Of a stretch of 32,281 nucleotides of DNA, positions 28,964 to 32,281 are shown in pieces. Numbering within the stretch: the first letter of the stretch is position 1; the number at the start of each line of letters is the position of its first letter. Location: contig CAWCTR010000003.1 of NCBI GenBank assembly GCA_963798485.1, positions 1 to 32,281 on the forward strand. The letters are read 5' to 3'. Under the pieces are notes generated by a model. The model was not told the origin of the DNA and searched no databases. It saw only the letters and a program-made list of their open reading frames with translations. This DNA comes from an uncultured delta proteobacterium (lineage in GTDB: Bacteria > Desulfobacterota > Desulfomonilia > UBA1062). Position numbers and translations under genes: made by a program.

Positions 28964-29278
28964 TTAAAAACCTGTAAATAAGAAATCAAGAGCTGAAATA
29001 ATAATATGGCGTTGATCCTTGAGGGAACCGACCTTCTCGCCCAATGCACGAACAGGAACACCGGCCAACTCAGCGGTAGATATGTATACAGCCTTTCGTT
29101 TGATTCGAAACTGTGGATTAAGATGGCTTATTGGTTTACCTATTGCAGACGCACTTACAAGGGGCGCCACAACACGTGTTGCAAGAGAACTGAGAAGGTC
29201 GGCTTGAAGATCGAGAAGATAAGGGACATTCTTCTTTGTATGCTCATTGGGATTATCGTATACATCAAACTGTGCCAT
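28964..29278 (-). CDS. ccdB: CcdB-family gyrase-poison toxin
   Basis: MAQFDVYDN, PYLLDLQADLL..LATRVVAPL, LNP, C-terminal ALDFLFTGF. Confidence 0.9.
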   Translation of the reverse strand: MAQFDVYDNPNEHTKKNVPYLLDLQADLLSSLATRVVAPLVSASAIGKPISHLNPQFRIKRKAVYISTAELAGVPVRALGEKVGSLKDQRHIIISALDFLFTGF

Positions 29279-29526
29279 TAAAAATTCCTCAAATTATCAC
29301 TAAAAACGCCTGAGACTTCTATTCGTCGATTATACGCTTCGATGGCCTCTTTATTGTCTTCTCTCCATTTGCAGCGATTTTCCTCCAGCAGCATTTCTAC
29401 AAGACGCTGTTCCAATGCTCTTGATAGGTTGATGTTATTCTGCTTCGCTTGCGTGAGAAGATCACTATTGATACTGAGATTGGTAGATTTTTTAGGTGCT
29501 TTGGGATTAAATATATTCATTTGCAT
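29278..29526 (-). CDS. ccdA: CcdA-family antitoxin
   Basis: KKSTNLSINSDLL..AK..NINLS, WREDNKEAIEAYN, FSDNLRNF. Confidence 0.9.
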   Translation of the reverse strand: MQMNIFNPKAPKKSTNLSINSDLLTQAKQNNINLSRALEQRLVEMLLEENRCKWREDNKEAIEAYNRRIEVSGVFSDNLRNF

Positions 29527-29538
29527 GCACGTCTCCTG

Positions 29539-29575
29539 ATGCGCATATAATAAACCGATTAATGCGCATTAACAA
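29539..29575 (-). promoter_or_regulatory. ccdAB promoter/operator
   Basis: ATGCGCAT at 29539-29546; perfect TTAATGCGCATTAA at 29559-29572; TTGTTA-17-TATTAT on the minus strand. Confidence 0.6.
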
Positions 29576-29603
29576 GCAATTCTTCTCTGTGTGATATTGG
29601 TTG

Positions 29604-29659
29604 GTTCCACGTGCGGATCAGCGGCGGCTTTAGCCGTCCGATGGATGCGAGTGTTGGCA
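29604..29659 (-). repeat. attC site 5 (56 bp; R' core reads GTG instead of GTT)
   Basis: gttccac gtgcgg atcagcggcggctttagccgtccgatggat gcgagt gttggca. Confidence 0.8.
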
Positions 29660-29662
29660 GGT

Positions 29663-29998
29663 TTATGGCTTTGAATTGATGAATCTTTTCAAAAGAATAT
29701 CTTCAACATTCTGTCGTGAATCTAACACAGATAAAACATAAACACTTTTCTTCGATACCCTATAGATGACTCTCCAGGGAGAAATGATTAATTCACGATA
29801 TTGCATGATTCCTTGCTCTTGAAGTTCAGGGACGATACGACCTCTGTCAGGATGAGCACAAAGGTTTGATGCACGTTCTTTAATCTCCTTGAACTTTTCA
29901 AAGGCAATGGAGGGGTTGACTATGGCGGTGTATTCCATGATGCTTATGAGATCTTTCTCTGATGTATCAGACCATCTGACCTCATATACTTTTTTCAT
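29663..29998 (-). CDS. RelE/ParE-family toxin
   Basis: YEVRWSDTSEKDL, PDRGRIVPEL, YRELIISPWRVIYR, VLSVLDSRQ. Confidence 0.88.
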   Translation of the reverse strand: MKKVYEVRWSDTSEKDLISIMEYTAIVNPSIAFEKFKEIKERASNLCAHPDRGRIVPELQEQGIMQYRELIISPWRVIYRVSKKSVYVLSVLDSRQNVEDILLKRFINSKP

Positions 29999-30276
29999 TT
30001 CAATTTTTCTTTCAGAATATTCTCTATATTTGTAAAAACTTCCTCTTGATATTTTGACTTTCCGTCCTTGATATCCTCCTCGCCTTGGGAGATCAGCTTT
30101 AATATGCCGATGGCATTTCTCATATTCTGATAACTTTCAGGATCCTGTAATACGGCTTTTGGTTCACCATTCTGAGTAATGACAATTGGTCGATGGGTCT
30201 CGTTAATTTGCTTGAGCAAATCAGCGGCTCTCGATTTAAGATAGGTAATGGGCTTGATATCTTTTGAAATATTCAC
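29995..30276 (-). CDS. Phd/YefM-family antitoxin
   Basis: DIKPITYLK, PIVITQNGEPKAVLQD; ATGA overlap with the toxin. Confidence 0.88.
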   Translation of the reverse strand: MNISKDIKPITYLKSRAADLLKQINETHRPIVITQNGEPKAVLQDPESYQNMRNAIGILKLISQGEEDIKDGKSKYQEEVFTNIENILKEKLK

Positions 30277-30286
30277 ATTAGCACCT

Positions 30287-30325
30287 CCGGTCTATATATG
30301 GTACCATAATAAGACCGGTTGTCAA
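30287..30325 (-). promoter_or_regulatory. phd-relE promoter/operator
   Basis: CCGGTCT-ata-TATGGTACCATA-ata-AGACCGG inverted repeat; TTGACA (30325-30320), 16 nt, TACCAT with an upstream TG on the minus strand. Confidence 0.6.
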
Positions 30326-30344
30326 GATTTATGGGAGCCCTACT

Positions 30345-30432
30345 GCCCAACGCCTCAGATCACCGGCGGTAAAAAGCGGAGCGAGGAACGAGCGGCGCTT
30401 TTTGCCGTCCGAGTTCATTTGCCTTGTTATGT
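30345..30432 (-). repeat. attC site 6 (88 bp, extended terminal loop)
   Basis: gcccaac..atcaccggcgg taaaaagcg..cgctttttg ccgtccgagttcat..gttatgt. Confidence 0.85.
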
Positions 30433-30434
30433 TT

Positions 30435-30827
30435 TTATCCAGTTGGAGACATCTTTCTACAAATATAAGAACCTATAAAGGCTTCCAGCAAGCTGAGCGG
30501 AACAGCATAAATAAGAATAGCACTTGGGAGTATATTCAGATTCCAGGTAACAACCCACATCAAAACAAACGCCATAAACCAACTGACTAGTGTCGTTTGT
30601 ATGAGATTGAATTTTCTGGAAATTAAATAAATTGCTATGGCGAATAAGAACCCCCATGCAACCCAAATCATTCCATTGAGCGGTTCAGAGGGAAAAGTCA
30701 TTCCGAGTGATTGATAATGGTCAACCCAATATGTTTTTAGAAGAACCTCATTTCTAAAAAACTCAGATGCATTCACCCAAATGCCAGTGAGTATTACTGC
30801 AATGATGCTTCGGGATTGTAGATTCAT
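30435..30827 (-). CDS. Hypothetical ~4-TM membrane protein (cassette)
   Basis: AAGGAG RBS; hydrophobic segments; flanked by perfectly complementary gttatgt/acataac cassette ends. Confidence 0.75.
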   Translation of the reverse strand: MNLQSRSIIAVILTGIWVNASEFFRNEVLLKTYWVDHYQSLGMTFPSEPLNGMIWVAWGFLFAIAIYLISRKFNLIQTTLVSWFMAFVLMWVVTWNLNILPSAILIYAVPLSLLEAFIGSYICRKMSPTG

Positions 30828-30855
30828 TACGACTCCTTAAGTATTCTGTATTGAC

Positions 30856-30893
30856 ACATAACGAAAAGCATCACCGGCGGCTTAAAGCCGTTC
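30856..30893 (-). repeat. attC site 7, truncated (R'' half missing)
   Basis: acataac gaaaagc atcaccggcggcttaaagccgttc, then unrelated sequence. Confidence 0.65.
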
Positions 30894-30977
30894 ACTCAAG
30901 ACTCATTTAGTAATGCTTGGGATGTGAAGACCAACACGTTCCTTCTCATTTATACCAGCCGGAAGAAAAAAATAAAT

Positions 30978-31391
30978 TTACTGATTTGATTCTTTAGCAA
31001 AGACATACGAAAAAGGTATTGCGATCAGGTCTCCAATGATATAGGTCGCAAAGATTATTACAGTAGGTATGGCGTAACTTGGGAAATGTGCGGTAATCAA
31101 AAGAGGCAAAACAACACCGATGAACCATATTGACTTGTAGCAAAGTTGCATCAAAAGAACAGGCACGAATTTGAGAGGAGACCGCAGGCCCAATATAGAC
31201 GATAATCCGAATGCCACATAGACGCTGCCAACAATTCCAAAGGCTATTGGTTCTTTAACCGGCCATGTAAACATCGTTTTTATCACCTCGGGAATGACAA
31301 TCATTCCTAATCCAAATAATCCAGCTCCAACAATAGTGTAAATATACATTCCCCTGAGCCAACCCAATCGAATCTTGATATCTTTAGACAT
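30978..31391 (-). CDS. Hypothetical ~4-TM membrane protein (cassette)
   Basis: AAGGAGG RBS; four hydrophobic segments; PLKF.PVLLMQLCYKSIW. Confidence 0.75.
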   Translation of the reverse strand: MSKDIKIRLGWLRGMYIYTIVGAGLFGLGMIVIPEVIKTMFTWPVKEPIAFGIVGSVYVAFGLSSILGLRSPLKFVPVLLMQLCYKSIWFIGVVLPLLITAHFPSYAIPTVIIFATYIIGDLIAIPFSYVFAKESNQ

Positions 31392-31438
31392 TGCCTATCC
31401 TCCTTTCTGAAAGTTAAAGGTATTTGTGTAGCAATTTC

Positions 31439-31495
31439 ATATAACACCAGGCATCACCGTCGGCTTTAGCCGTCCGGTGGATGACTTGGTTATGT
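31439..31495 (-). repeat. attC site 8 (57 bp)
   Basis: atataac accaggc atcaccgtcggctttagccgtccggtggat gacttg gttatgt; overlaps the PIN stop codon. Confidence 0.88.
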
Positions 31496-31897
31496 GACCA
31501 GATAGGTATCTACAAACACCCGTGGTTTTAGAATTTTCACACCACCAAAAGCTGCTATCTTTAATAAATGCTTGTCTCCGCTCACAATCATTTTGCTCTT
31601 GCTGGCAATCGCACAGGCAATAAACATATCATCGTCGGGATCTTCACAGACTGGTTCAGATAACTTGGGAGATTGGAACATCATCGCATGTATCGTTACT
31701 AAACCAAGTATAGTACTCAGATCTACAGAGGGGAACTGCTTTGACAGCTCATCGCTAACTCGTTGATACTCACTGAGTATATCTGGAGAGATTGCCGACT
31801 GCACTCTGCCGTCCCTCCATGCTTCGAGAATACATGAAGGAGGACCGGAAAAGAAGATTCCGGAAACAAACACATTTGTATCGAGCACTATTCTCAC
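31490..31897 (-). CDS. PIN-domain (VapC-like) toxin
   Basis: VLDTNVFVS, CEDPDDDMFIACA, IVSGDKHLL. Confidence 0.9.
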   Translation of the reverse strand: MRIVLDTNVFVSGIFFSGPPSCILEAWRDGRVQSAISPDILSEYQRVSDELSKQFPSVDLSTILGLVTIHAMMFQSPKLSEPVCEDPDDDMFIACAIASKSKMIVSGDKHLLKIAAFGGVKILKPRVFVDTYLVT

Positions 31898-32157
31898 TTG
31901 TGAGCCCGTGCTTTAACTACAACTGCAGATATATCAGATTGTTTCAAGCCAGCCTGTCGAGCTTGTTTCCGTGCCTCTCCAACCAATACATTAAAATCTT
32001 TCATAGATGGTGCTTCAATTGTTTTAAGAATAACCACACCATCGTCGCCTAAAACAACAAACTGAGAACCAGCTTTTAGATTAAGGCGCTTCCGAATATT
32101 CTCTGGGATGACAACCTGGCCTTTTGATGACATCTTTGTCGTTGCTGGGTTTGGCAT
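31894..32157 (-). CDS. AbrB/MazE/SpoVT-family antitoxin
   Basis: TTKMSSKGQVVIPENIRKRLNLKAG; GTGA overlap with the PIN gene. Confidence 0.88.
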   Translation of the reverse strand: MPNPATTKMSSKGQVVIPENIRKRLNLKAGSQFVVLGDDGVVILKTIEAPSMKDFNVLVGEARKQARQAGLKQSDISAVVVKARAHK

Positions 32158-32178
32158 ATCTTTCTCCTAATGATAACT

Positions 32179-32221
32179 ATCTTACTAGTAAGATTATAAG
32201 ATGTGTATGCTAATATTGCAA
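32179..32221 (-). promoter_or_regulatory. abrB-PIN sigma70 promoter and operator
   Basis: TTGCAA-17-TATAAT (32221-32193); perfect palindrome ATCTTACTAGTAAGAT at 32179-32194. Confidence 0.7.
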
Positions 32222-32247
32222 GCTTAAAACATCAATAAGTTCTGAAG

Positions 32248-32281
32248 ACCGGGTAGGTCAGGGGCGTTACCGCCCCGTTCG
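32248..32281 (-). mobile_element. Probable 3' end (domain VI) of a group II intron, cut by the window edge
   Basis: Minus strand reads ggggcg gtaa cgcccc tgacctacccggt, resembling the inner intron end gcagcccctttctacccggc. Confidence 0.5.

Larger units (their letters stand above)
27323..32221 (-). mobile_element. Integron gene-cassette array (integrase not in window)
   Basis: Eight related imperfect palindromes with ..AAC/GTT.. ends; seven lie within ~5 nt of, or overlap, the stop codon of a minus-strand ORF; AT-richer than the core genes. Confidence 0.9.

Noticed and set aside
27323-31495. Repeats as a CRISPR array or REP elements
   Set aside because: Spacing is hundreds of bp with whole genes in between, the ends follow attC core rules, and no cas genes are present
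1-32281. Integron integrase, tRNA or rRNA genes
   Set aside because: No tyrosine-recombinase ORF or recognisable stable RNA gene was seen

Overview
Bacterial window, probably a deltaproteobacterium-like anaerobe (inferred from gene content only), in three parts. (1) 1-4 kb: a START-domain gene, then a nested group II intron. An ORF-less class D-like intron (~1283-3939) is split exactly between its domains V and VI by a second intron (1935-3908) whose RT/maturase ORF is heavily frameshifted. (2) 4-26.3 kb: mostly core genes (HAD hydrolase, isochorismatase, rpsB-tsf-pyrH-frr, Mrp/ApbC, GH13, glmM, a GlmU-like LbH protein, guaA, dapF, a PAS histidine kinase). Also here: a tandem RHH-like protein, a HEAT-repeat membrane protein and a large papain-like surface protease with seven Ig/BACON-like repeats and a GGGGGCFI-TM tail. 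(3) 26.4-32.3 kb: a minus-strand integron cassette array with eight related attC sites, most of them ~57 bp. No integrase is in the window. Five of the eight cassettes are type II toxin-antitoxin pairs (RHH-PIN, ParE-like, CcdAB, Phd-RelE, AbrB-PIN). The two TA cassettes furthest from the presumed attI end show toxin-inactivating lesions. The window ends in what looks like the 3' end of another group II intron. All calls come from reading motifs by eye; no searches were run.
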